A DNA stretch of 32,000 nucleotides from Promethearchaeum syntrophicum (GTDB lineage: Archaea > Asgardarchaeota > Lokiarchaeia > Sigyniarchaeales > Promethearchaeaceae): assembly GCF_008000775.2 (NCBI RefSeq), contig NZ_CP042905.2:810001-842000 (forward strand), read 5' to 3'. Of the stretch, positions 24,250-32,000 are shown piece after piece; position 1 is the first letter of the stretch; the number at the start of each line of letters is the position of its first letter. The notes below the pieces were generated by a model. It saw nothing but the letters and a program-made list of their open reading frames with translations. It did no database searches and was not told the origin of the DNA. The position numbers and the translations under genes are program-made.

Positions 24250-26394
24250 ATGAAATTCTCCATCAAAGAACAAAATACAAAAATAATTGCATCTGCATTA
24301 TTGATAGGGTTAGTTATTATATCGATTATATATATCCCAAATTGGGATAATGAGGATAAATGGTATGATGATCCAGATGAAAAAGAACCCTATATGAGCG
24401 TAATTTATCCTCTAAAAGATATACTTAATTATAATACCAGCTTTCCACCATATGATATTCCAAATTTGAATTATACTCCGAGAATAGTACCCTCGATATT
24501 AGAATCTGAATTAAGTAATGTGAATTTTCAAGGATATTCATTATCTCCTGCGATTATCTCACAACTAGAACAATATGGGTTTGCTTTAGTTGGAAATTCT
24601 GGTCAAACTTTAAGAGAAATTTATGATTACGAGGACAATCTTAAACCAAAATTTATAACTGCAGATTTTTGTTTACATACCTATCATAAAATCTATGATC
24701 ATCAGTTGAAAAAAATAGAAACCGATTTTTTTGCAAATTATTTTACTTATTTATTAAAAAGCATACAATATCACCAACTAAGTTTAATTGAAGATGATAT
24801 GGACCTAAAAATTGAATCAGCGATTAAACAAAATATTGCCTATGTATCTGTTATGCTATGTTTATTAGATGACAGCAATTCAATCCCCGAAATTGTTAAT
24901 TCTGCAGTTAATGAAGAATTAGCTAAAATCAACTCAAAATCACCCACATATTCAAGTATTTTCGGTTATATAGAAGATTATAGTCAATATATTCCTAGAG
25001 GGCATTATACAGAATCAGAGCTCTTAGAAAAATACTTTATGGCAATGATGTATGCGGGAAGAATGACTTTTATACTCAATGATAGTCAAAATCCACAAAT
25101 GGGAATTGAACATACTCGTAGTGCATTAATTCTACTTGATAGTATTGAAGTAGCGATTAAAAATTTTACAGGATGGCATTGTTGGGAGCATATTAATTCA
25201 ATAACAGGAATGTTCATTGGAGATAGTGATGATTTAACTCCCCTTGAATATTATCAAATATGGAAAGAATTTGACTTTCCTAATGCCACTGAGTTAGTAA
25301 ATGATAATTTAGTTGAAAATATTATCGAAAAATTGCATAAATTCCGAAAACCAAAAATTAATTCAATGATTGTTGCTGATGATTTGGAATTTGAAAAAGA
25401 AACTCAAGGAATGAGATTGTTCGGTCAAAAATTTATACCTGATTCTTATATTTTTCAAGAATTAGCCCATCCTAAAGTCCAATATCGAACTATACCTTCT
25501 GGTTTAGATATTTTTTCTGTTTTCGGAAATAAAATTGCAGAGAATCATCTCCAATCTGAAAATACAACCTATCCTGAATATAATTCTCAAATTACCGCAT
25601 TAAAAGAATATTTTACAAACTTAACGGATGAAGATTGGACGGAAAATTTATATTCAAGCTGGATTTACAGTTTACAATCATTAATACGTAATAATTATAC
25701 TGGATTTCCTGGTTTTATGCAGAATTATGCATGGGAAAATAAAGCATTAATGGGGATGATGGGATCTTGGGCGGAATTGCGTCATGATACAATCCTTTAT
25801 GCTAAACAATCATATAGCGGTTATTGGGGTGATTATACACCCCCGTGGAAAATCGGAGGATATGTAGAACCTAATCCTGAAACTTATGCACGATTGGCAG
25901 CTCTTTCATATCAAACATTTCAAGGCTTATACGAAAGAGGAATGTATGCATCTTATTTTATAGATTTGTCTATTATTTTTCAAAATCTTACATCTATAAG
26001 TATAAAAGAATTAGAAAATATTCCCTTAAGTTCTGATGATTATAATTTTATTGATACTGTTGGTCAGGATATGTTAGATATTTGTGTCGCTAATGAAAAT
26101 GAAGAAGATGAAAATATAAATAGAATGGGTATAATTGCAGATGTACATACAGATCCAAATACCTTTCTATGTTTAGAAGTAGGAACAGGCGATCCATTAA
26201 TTATTTATGCGATTGTTCAAGATACAAATGGAAATTTGAGATTGACTAAAGGAGCAACATATTCTTATTATGAATTTAATCATTCTATGTATGATCGTCT
26301 CACAGATGAAAAATGGCTTGAAATGCTGGATGGAAATGATCCTCCATTAATGCCTAGTTGGATTACATCCAATATTCCAATAGTTTTTTTGTAA
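24250..26394 (+). CDS. large membrane-anchored extracytoplasmic protein, DUF3160-like
   Basis: I prefer the ATG at 24250 (MKFSIKEQNTKIIASALLIGLVIISIIYI gives an N-terminal TM anchor) over the track's TTG at 24154. IPRGHYTESELLEKYFMAMMYAGR and SWAELRHDTILYAKQSY match my recollection of DUF3160 signature regions. The ~715 aa length is in the family range. The family call is from memory and not verified. Confidence 0.6.
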   Translation: MKFSIKEQNTKIIASALLIGLVIISIIYIPNWDNEDKWYDDPDEKEPYMSVIYPLKDILNYNTSFPPYDIPNLNYTPRIVPSILESELSNVNFQGYSLSPAIISQLEQYGFALVGNSGQTLREIYDYEDNLKPKFITADFCLHTYHKIYDHQLKKIETDFFANYFTYLLKSIQYHQLSLIEDDMDLKIESAIKQNIAYVSVMLCLLDDSNSIPEIVNSAVNEELAKINSKSPTYSSIFGYIEDYSQYIPRGHYTESELLEKYFMAMMYAGRMTFILNDSQNPQMGIEHTRSALILLDSIEVAIKNFTGWHCWEHINSITGMFIGDSDDLTPLEYYQIWKEFDFPNATELVNDNLVENIIEKLHKFRKPKINSMIVADDLEFEKETQGMRLFGQKFIPDSYIFQELAHPKVQYRTIPSGLDIFSVFGNKIAENHLQSENTTYPEYNSQITALKEYFTNLTDEDWTENLYSSWIYSLQSLIRNNYTGFPGFMQNYAWENKALMGMMGSWAELRHDTILYAKQSYSGYWGDYTPPWKIGGYVEPNPETYARLAALSYQTFQGLYERGMYASYFIDLSIIFQNLTSISIKELENIPLSSDDYNFIDTVGQDMLDICVANENEEDENINRMGIIADVHTDPNTFLCLEVGTGDPLIIYAIVQDTNGNLRLTKGATYSYYEFNHSMYDRLTDEKWLEMLDGNDPPLMPSWITSNIPIVFL

Positions 26395-26567
26395 TACTCT
26401 TTTTATATTTTATTTAGAAGTTTTATTTCTTTCTTTTTGGGTTTGTAAAAAATTGGAAATATAATTAGGAATTGAGCGTAAACAATACTTCTAATAAAAT
26501 AAAATTAAAAAATAAGAAAAACTTAAACTCTTTAAGAAGATCTTCTGGAACGATATAGAAATAATAT

Positions 26568-27881
26568 TTACGTTCCTTCTTCAAAACTGGTATGATATTT
26601 ATATTGTTCCTCAGTCCATTTATCTATTTTTATTCCCATGGCTTCTAATTTTGCAAATGCGACATCATTATTTAACTCATCAGGCACTTTGAGAATGGAA
26701 TGTTTTACCTTTAAAACCTGTCTATTCTCAGAAATATATCTTGCCATCATTGCTTGAAGTGCAAAAGACATATCCATTACTTCAGCTGGATGTCCTTCAC
26801 TCAATGCTAAATTTGCGAGCCTTCCTTGAGCAAGTAAATATATTTTATTACCATTTGGCATTATTAGTTCTTCAACACTGGGTCTGATAGTTTTAATTTT
26901 TCCATTTGCTGCCGCGTAAAGATCTTTAGCAACAATTTCAACATCAAAATGTCCTAAATTAGCCAAAATACAACCGTTTTTCAATTTATCTAAATGAGAT
27001 TTGGCTATAATATTATTGCAACCAGTTGCAGTAAAGATCATATCTGCTTTATGAACAATTTCATTCATAGGGGCTACCTCAAATCCTTCAAATACCGCTT
27101 TTAAAGCTTTTACTGGATCTACTTCGGTTACAATTACTCTGGCTCCCAATCCACGTGCTCGAAGTGCCATACCGGATGAGCAATGTCCATAACCCGCAAC
27201 TACTACGGTCTTCCCTGCAAATAGGACATGCATACCATAAATCGCAGCTACTACACCTTGACCGGTTCCTAATTCATTATCAAATTGGTTTTTACATGAA
27301 GCATCATTTACGGGAAATAGAGCCGCTTTTAATGCACCATTTTTATCCATGCTTTCAAATCTGTGCACTCCAGTGGTAGTTTCTTCTTGACAAGCAATAA
27401 TGCAGCCATCTTTTTCAAAATATTCTGGGTAATTTTTATGAGCGGTTACAATTAAGTCTGCCCCGTCATCAATCAAAATATTCGGTTTAGGGATAAGACA
27501 TGCATCCACGCATTCATAAAATTCTTCATCCGTATTATTTGTCCATGCATAAACATGAATTCCCTCAGAAGCTAAGGCAGTTGCAATATGATCTTGGGTA
27601 GATAACGGGTTTGACCCGCAAAGATAAACATCTGCTCCTCCCGCTTTCAAAGTTCTCATTAGATTAGCCGTTTCCTTTGTTACGTGGAGACAACATGATA
27701 TCACTAAATCTTGTAGTGGTTTGTTTTTTTCAAAATCTTTCAATAAACTTTGAATCACTGGCATTTTGTTAAACGCAATTCTGATTTCGTCAAGCCCTTT
27801 TTCTAAGGTTTCATCAGATTCATCAGTAATGAGATATTTCTCATTACCCCATTTTTTTGAGCATAATTTCATTTTAATCAT
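26568..27881 (-). CDS. ahcY: adenosylhomocysteinase
   Basis: Motifs: QEETTTGVHR, NAD fold VVVAGYGHCSSGMALRARGLGARVIVTEVDP, GHFDVEI, and EGHPAEVMDMSFALQ. I trimmed the start to Met13 (27881; Met16 at 27872 is also possible) because the first 12 codons of the maximal ORF (to 27917) are hydrophobic and atypical for SAHH. Confidence 0.9.
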   Translation of the reverse strand: MIKMKLCSKKWGNEKYLITDESDETLEKGLDEIRIAFNKMPVIQSLLKDFEKNKPLQDLVISCCLHVTKETANLMRTLKAGGADVYLCGSNPLSTQDHIATALASEGIHVYAWTNNTDEEFYECVDACLIPKPNILIDDGADLIVTAHKNYPEYFEKDGCIIACQEETTTGVHRFESMDKNGALKAALFPVNDASCKNQFDNELGTGQGVVAAIYGMHVLFAGKTVVVAGYGHCSSGMALRARGLGARVIVTEVDPVKALKAVFEGFEVAPMNEIVHKADMIFTATGCNNIIAKSHLDKLKNGCILANLGHFDVEIVAKDLYAAANGKIKTIRPSVEELIMPNGNKIYLLAQGRLANLALSEGHPAEVMDMSFALQAMMARYISENRQVLKVKHSILKVPDELNNDVAFAKLEAMGIKIDKWTEEQYKYHTSFEEGT

Positions 27882-27974
27882 CTTAAAAAATTGTATACAT
27901 ATTATTAGAATTTCCATCCTATATAATAAGTTAACATTATCTCCATTTTTTACATAAATCGGTATAATTTGTTA

Positions 27975-28000
27975 AAATATTTTTAAATATTTTTAAATTT
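27975..28000. repeat. tandem 10-nt repeat AAATATTTTT x2.6 in the ahcY / Lrp-like divergent intergenic region
   Basis: Two exact copies at 27975-27984 and 27985-27994, then a partial AAATTT. The repeat lies 20-45 nt upstream of the ATG at 28020, so it could be TATA/BRE or a regulator site. Low complexity is an alternative explanation. Confidence 0.5.
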
Positions 28001-28019
28001 AAATACATTATGAGTATTA

Positions 28020-29021
28020 ATGCAAATATTTGGTAAGATATCAAATAAAATGAGATTATTGGAAGCTTTATATTTAAATTCACGAGTTAAAATGAGTCGT
28101 TTAAGTGAAGATTTTCATCTTTCAAGGCAATCTATTTCTACTATGCGAAAGAACTTGTGGGAAAAAAATATTATTGCCTCCCCAGCAATAATTTTAAACC
28201 AACGGATGCTACATATGGAAAATTATATTATGGAAATTAAAACAAATCCTACAGAACCTGAAGTTTTAAGTAAATTGAAAAAGATTCCTGAGGTTACATC
28301 TGTTGATGGAATCATTGGAACATATGCATTAATAGTAAAATTTGAAGTTAGAAGTAAACAAAGATTTGCAGAGATATTAAGTGAACTTGACAAGCAAATT
28401 GCTCAATCTTCTTTTCAATCTTATAGAATTATTGAAACTATTGAGATTTTTAAAATAGGCGGATTTCAGTTTGGTTCCGATGATTCAGTCATTTCAATAA
28501 ATGAGAAGAAATGGGGGATTTTGGATTTACTCAAAAAGAATTATAATTTAAAACTATGGCCAGAAAGGAAAGATGATGAATTTTTTTCTGCGGAAGAGAA
28601 AAAAAAAATGAATAAAATCAATCTTTCTCGTGAATTGGATGGATTATTAAAAGAAAGGATTATCAAGGGCTTTTCTATCTCTTTTCATCATTTATCAGGT
28701 TCGAAGTATATATTTGAAGATTTTCAAATGAAATTTTACATGCGAATTAAACCTCAAAATATTGGTAGTTATAATGAGTTAGCAAGAAAATTAGTTTATG
28801 AACCAAATGTGATCGATTTATATAGAACGGGAGAAGATTTCGGATTATTTGCGGTAATACGAGCAAAAAACCTATTTGAATTTCAGAAATTTATTTATCA
28901 TCTTTATACAGATTTTAAAATAAAGGATACTTTTACTACCGTTGTAATAGATGAGCATTTTCCCGCAATTTTTCCTCCAACGTTAAATATTGCTAAGACT
29001 ATTTATGAAAATATGTCGTGA
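28020..29021 (+). CDS. Lrp/AsnC-type regulator with duplicated HTH + RAM/ACT-like module
   Basis: Unit 1: MRLLEALYLNSRVKMSRLSEDFHLSRQSISTMRKNLWEKNII, followed by IMEIKTNP...VTSVDGIIGTYALIVKFEVRS. Unit 2: WGILDLLKKNY...LSRELDGLLKERIIKGF, followed by FYMRIKPQN...VIDLYRTGEDFGLFAVIRAKN. The start could be Met11 (28050). Confidence 0.7.
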   Translation: MQIFGKISNKMRLLEALYLNSRVKMSRLSEDFHLSRQSISTMRKNLWEKNIIASPAIILNQRMLHMENYIMEIKTNPTEPEVLSKLKKIPEVTSVDGIIGTYALIVKFEVRSKQRFAEILSELDKQIAQSSFQSYRIIETIEIFKIGGFQFGSDDSVISINEKKWGILDLLKKNYNLKLWPERKDDEFFSAEEKKKMNKINLSRELDGLLKERIIKGFSISFHHLSGSKYIFEDFQMKFYMRIKPQNIGSYNELARKLVYEPNVIDLYRTGEDFGLFAVIRAKNLFEFQKFIYHLYTDFKIKDTFTTVVIDEHFPAIFPPTLNIAKTIYENMS

Positions 29022-29099
29022 ATCATTATTTTAAGGAAAAAAAAACTAAAAAATCCAATTTCACTCAATTTTTATACTCATTGTTCTTCTGATATTTAT

Positions 29100-29615
29100 T
29101 TAAAAAATATCACTTGAGGTGACTGTTACATTGATATCTGTGTTAATTTCAACGGCAATTCCCCATATCATTACTGAAGTTATTCGGACTGTTGCAACCT
29201 TGGAATTTCCAAAAAAGATAAGATCTGCTAATAATAGATATTGTTCTCCACTTATATCATCCAGTAACACATCAATTATCATTGGGGACGGAGTCTTGGT
29301 GGCAGCAAAGGATGATGTTTGCCCCTCTCCTGAATATACTCCATCAAAATAGAGTTCAAATTGAGCATAATCAACTTCCACTGCGATACTCGTCGGGTTG
29401 GAAATACTTGCATGTATTTCTAAGTCCACGTCTATTGTCCGATTTAAAAATGTTCCCCCTTCACTAAAACCAGTAATATAAACGTGGTCAATATCAACTT
29501 CAATCTGGCTGACAGCATTATAATACAAACCACCGAATATACCTCCTCCTCCGAGGATAACTAGAATTATCGTTACTGCAAAGATAATCCCTTTTTTTTT
29601 TTTTGAAAGACTCAT
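29100..29615 (-). CDS. membrane-anchored LEA_2/WHy (NDR1/HIN1-like) domain protein
   Basis: An N-terminal basic segment plus TM (KKKKGIIFAVTIILVILGGGGIFGGLYY) precedes a beta-sandwich-like region. ISNPTSIAVEVDYAQFELYFDGVYSGEG resembles the NPN...l.y.g..lg motif of LEA_2. Confidence 0.55.
   Translation of the reverse strand: MSLSKKKKGIIFAVTIILVILGGGGIFGGLYYNAVSQIEVDIDHVYITGFSEGGTFLNRTIDVDLEIHASISNPTSIAVEVDYAQFELYFDGVYSGEGQTSSFAATKTPSPMIIDVLLDDISGEQYLLLADLIFFGNSKVATVRITSVMIWGIAVEINTDINVTVTSSDIF
29592..29604 (-). repeat. A13 homopolymer (coding strand) at codons 5-9 of the LEA_2-like gene
   Basis: A counted run of 13 T on the + strand. It encodes the last base of Ser plus KKKK. Confidence 0.95.
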
Positions 29616-29745
29616 ATTTTATTCACTGTTTAATTCTTTTGTAAACTGCTAATAATGGGTAATTCTATCAGCTCTAAAAATTTTTTTTGATTTCATTTTG
29701 AATTGTGAGAGTAAAAATAAATTGATAATATGATTAAGGATTTTT

Positions 29746-30993
29746 ATGTACGATTTTCTACTTTCAGATGAAGCGAAATTTTTAAAACAGCGAGCGCGCA
29801 AATTTGCGTCAGAAGTCCCAAAACAGTTATTAATTGATATGGACGCTGATAAAATCCAATATCCTACCAAATTTGTAAAAGATCTTGCAGATGCCCATTT
29901 GTTAGGCCTACGTTTTGATAAAAAATACGGAGGTCAAGAACAATCATGGGTAACCGAAATGGCTGTGTTGGAAGAGATTGGAGTGCTTTCCATGGCATTA
30001 AGCTGTTTATATTCCTTACCTAGTATATGTGGTGAATCTCTTAACAAATTCGGCACCGATATGCAAAAAGAAAGATATTTAAAACCTATGATCTCAGGGG
30101 AAAAGTATTGTGCTGAAGCCTTAACAGAACCTCGCGGAGGCTCTGATTTCTATGGGGCTACGACAATTGCAGAAAAAGAGGGAGACCAATACATACTTAA
30201 TGGGGAAAAAAGGTTTGTTGTTGGTGCTGAAGGGGCAGATTTCTTTTTAGTATACGCGAAAACCGATAAAAATGCTCCCAGTTATAAATCTATATCCATG
30301 TTTATAGTTGAACGTGATATGGGTGTTGAAGAAAAATATGTATATGGTTTATTAGGTACTAGAGGAGGGGGAGCTGGGCGTCTGTACTTTAAAGATGTTC
30401 AAGTACCAGCTGAAAATATCGTTATTGGGGAGGGGGAAGGAGGGCGTATATTTAATCAAATGATGTATCCCGAAAGAATGACAAGCGCCGCAGGGGTAAT
30501 TGGAATGGTGAATGCATCTATAAGAGTTGCAGCGAAATATTCTACTCAAAGAAAAGCATTTAATCAACCAATTAAAAAATTTCAAGCAGTTTCTTTTAAA
30601 ATCGCCGATTCGTTATGTTTAAATGATTCCGCAAGGGGGATTGTCAATATTGCAGCAAATGCTTTAGATAAACACCAAGATAATCCTTCATTATGTAGAA
30701 GATTAGTAAGTGAGGCGAAACGAGTTTCAACAGAAAATGCCTACAAGGCGATTGATAATTGTATGCAAATTATGGGTGGGATTGGTTACTGTAATATATA
30801 TCCTATTGAAAAAATGCTTCGAGATGTTAGACTTGCATCGATTTGGACAGGGACATCCGAAATTATGAATTTAATCATTCAACATGAATATTTTAAGCAA
30901 TTTGAAAAGAAAAAACAGGAAGATTCTACGTTCCGTGATATTGAAAATGATGCATCTGAAGCGGAAGCAGTTGATGAGAAAATATATGAATAG
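29746..30993 (+). CDS. acyl-CoA dehydrogenase
   Basis: Motifs: ALTEPRGGSDF, ISMFIVERDMGV, QAVSFKIADS, and the C-terminal GGIGYCNIYPIEKMLRDVRLASIWTGTSEIMNLII (catalytic Glu context). 415 aa, with an acidic ~35 aa tail. Confidence 0.92.
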   Translation: MYDFLLSDEAKFLKQRARKFASEVPKQLLIDMDADKIQYPTKFVKDLADAHLLGLRFDKKYGGQEQSWVTEMAVLEEIGVLSMALSCLYSLPSICGESLNKFGTDMQKERYLKPMISGEKYCAEALTEPRGGSDFYGATTIAEKEGDQYILNGEKRFVVGAEGADFFLVYAKTDKNAPSYKSISMFIVERDMGVEEKYVYGLLGTRGGGAGRLYFKDVQVPAENIVIGEGEGGRIFNQMMYPERMTSAAGVIGMVNASIRVAAKYSTQRKAFNQPIKKFQAVSFKIADSLCLNDSARGIVNIAANALDKHQDNPSLCRRLVSEAKRVSTENAYKAIDNCMQIMGGIGYCNIYPIEKMLRDVRLASIWTGTSEIMNLIIQHEYFKQFEKKKQEDSTFRDIENDASEAEAVDEKIYE

Positions 30994-31092
30994 GAAGTTG
31001 TAGAAAAAACTTCCACTAAAAAATTGGCCTACACAAAATTAAAAGATTATATTACATATTTTCTTTAGTGAGGAAGAAAGAAATACTTCGAG

Positions 31093-32000
31093 TTGGAGGG
31101 AAACACAATCGGAACTTGTAAATATTGCCAATCAAAGGATATTGAATATAAATGTCATATTTGTAATGAAGAATACTGCTTTAAGCACACTGGCTCAACT
31201 GATAAATATTATTGTAAAAAGCATACTAAACATCATCTAAATCGCATTCAAGCTGAAGTTCGTAAAAATCGTTGTCAGATTGTTGAATTTAGTCGTTGTC
31301 CTAGTTGTGGATCATTTTTGGAAATATCCAGTCTACCTAATGGTCAAAAATATTTACAATGTACAAAATGTTCTTGGAATTCTCGAACAAATTCCCCCAT
31401 CATTATTAATAATTCAGAAAAGCAAGTCTTGAGAGAAGCTGAAAGGTATGGATTATCGCGCCACGCTGAAAAATGTAATGAGAGATTAAAGCGTGATAAA
31501 GGTAAGGTTTATTGTCTTGATTGTTTTAGCAAAGAACTACAAGATAATATCGAAACATCATATTATCAACTACAACAAAAATTTGGATTAACAGAAACTG
31601 ATATTGAGTTAATTATAAACGAAATGTTATTATCAAAAACTATTGAGGGATTTTTAGATACAAAAAATAAAACTTTTGTTCATTTACTTCCTTCAATTGA
31701 AGCACAACTTGTTGCTGATTTGCATTCTCAAGGATATTTAGAATTAAATGCAATAAAAGATAAATTGAAAACCTCACCAAGTACCACAACTAGAATTATG
31801 ATAGAATTGATTAGAAAAAATAAGTTTAGAGGGACATTTACTAATCAGAAGAATCGGTATTTCTTAGAAGCGGGACTTACAAAACTCATATTGCAGGAAA
31901 TTCAAAATCAAGGAAAAGTTAATCATGCTGATCTAGCTAAGAAATACGATATTGCAGAAGGAAATGTAAAAAACTATGTTATGGCATTGATGAAGAATAA
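31093..32000 (+). CDS. 5'-complete, 3'-truncated gene: three Cys-rich Zn-ribbon/treble-clef units followed by at least three winged-helix units
   Basis: This ORF is not in the supplied track. The frame is open from 31072 (after TGA at 31069-31071) to the window end. The first in-frame ATG is at 31627, ~178 codons in from the TTG. The only early start candidate is TTG at 31093. Zn units: CKYCQSKDIEYKCHICNEEYCFKH...CKKH; CQIVEFSRCPSCG...CTKC; CNERLKRDKGKVYCLDC. WH-like units: LQQKFGLTETDIELIINEMLLSKTIEGFLDTKNKTFVHL; LNAIKDKLKTSPSTTTRIMIELIRKNKFRGTFTNQKNRYFL; HADLAKKYDIAEGNVKNYVMALMKN. Confidence 0.55.
   Translation, partial: MEGNTIGTCKYCQSKDIEYKCHICNEEYCFKHTGSTDKYYCKKHTKHHLNRIQAEVRKNRCQIVEFSRCPSCGSFLEISSLPNGQKYLQCTKCSWNSRTNSPIIINNSEKQVLREAERYGLSRHAEKCNERLKRDKGKVYCLDCFSKELQDNIETSYYQLQQKFGLTETDIELIINEMLLSKTIEGFLDTKNKTFVHLLPSIEAQLVADLHSQGYLELNAIKDKLKTSPSTTTRIMIELIRKNKFRGTFTNQKNRYFLEAGLTKLILQEIQNQGKVNHADLAKKYDIAEGNVKNYVMALMKN

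Noticed and set aside
26535-26546. Perfect 12-nt palindrome AGAAGATCTTCT just 3' of ahcY, followed (on the - strand) by T5/T6 tracts at ~26507-26521
   Set aside because: A loop-less palindrome is a poor hairpin. The T tracts alone could terminate transcription, but they cannot be distinguished from background AT-richness. It was not strong enough to list as a feature.
623-30585. About 27 short ORFs (60-108 aa) in the supplied track that lie inside or antisense to longer genes. Examples: 623-826, 1806-1988, 3258-3563, 3872-4072, 4273-4455, 4904-5185, 8592-8777, 10057-10365, 11998-12207, 12247-12507, 14666-14851, 15437-15763, 16194-16376, 16789-16977, 17861-18064, 19215-19400, 19432-19662, 19611-19871, 20188-20463, 20959-21159, 27155-27379, 27766-27957, 29119-29352, 29282-29467, 29649-29870, 30352-30585
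   Set aside because: Each is fully or largely overlapped by a longer ORF with clear family motifs or paralog support. Their translations are low-complexity (I/F/S/L-rich), typical of shadow frames of AT-rich coding DNA.
30993-31014. 7-bp stem / 8-nt loop hairpin (GGAAGTT-gtagaaaa-AACTTCC) overlapping the stop codon of the acyl-CoA dehydrogenase, as a possible intrinsic terminator
   Set aside because: It is followed by an A-run rather than a T-run on the transcribed strand. Archaeal termination relies on oligo-T rather than hairpins. The stem is short enough to arise by chance.
1-32000. Search for rRNA, tRNA, CRISPR arrays, transposases/integrases, terminal inverted repeats and classical defence-system hallmarks (nucleases, Walker-A ATPases, methyltransferase/restriction pairs)
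   Set aside because: All intergenic spacers are short and extremely AT-rich. None has a GC-rich island of the kind a tRNA or structured RNA would produce in such a genome. There are no regularly spaced direct repeats and no ORF with transposase, integrase or defence signatures. The window looks like core chromosome plus lineage-specific genes, not a mobile or defence island.

Overview
The window is AT-rich (roughly 30% G+C by eye, not computed) and gene-dense. I support about 28 protein-coding genes on both strands. I found no rRNA, tRNA, CRISPR array, transposase or integrase. The content looks archaeal: an archaeal/eukaryote-type ProRS ending in Tyr, Lrp/AsnC- and ArsR-type winged-helix regulators, oligo-T tracts after genes, and Shine-Dalgarno-like purine runs mainly before operon-internal genes. 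Housekeeping genes (argS, proS, rpiA, ahcY, dut, NifS/IscS-type desulfurase) sit among fatty-acid-type genes (acyl-CoA synthetase, acyl-CoA dehydrogenase), a longin-like small protein and a Zn-ribbon plus winged-helix protein. That mixture is what I would expect from an Asgard (Loki-type) archaeon, but this is inference only. The stand-out region is a co-directional + strand cluster at 5683-13510. In order it encodes a tail-anchored S8 subtilase, a YdjM/DUF457-like membrane hydrolase, an orphan NuoC-NuoD-fusion-like protein without metal-ligand cysteines, and two adjacent large paralogous ORFs (629 and 779 aa). Each large ORF is an internal tandem duplication of a ~280-310 aa module, so the module occurs four times. 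I cannot assign that module to any characterised family. It has no Walker A, CxxC or HxH motif. Its beta-hairpin motifs faintly resemble either degenerate ASKHA/actin-fold motifs or longin/roadblock cores. Secondary points of interest: an exported SOR-like beta-sandwich protein paired with a 4-TM His-rich protein, a Lys-rich N-terminal extension on ProRS, A16-A18 homopolymers inside coding regions, and a triple Zn-ribbon/multi-winged-helix gene with a non-ATG start at the window edge.
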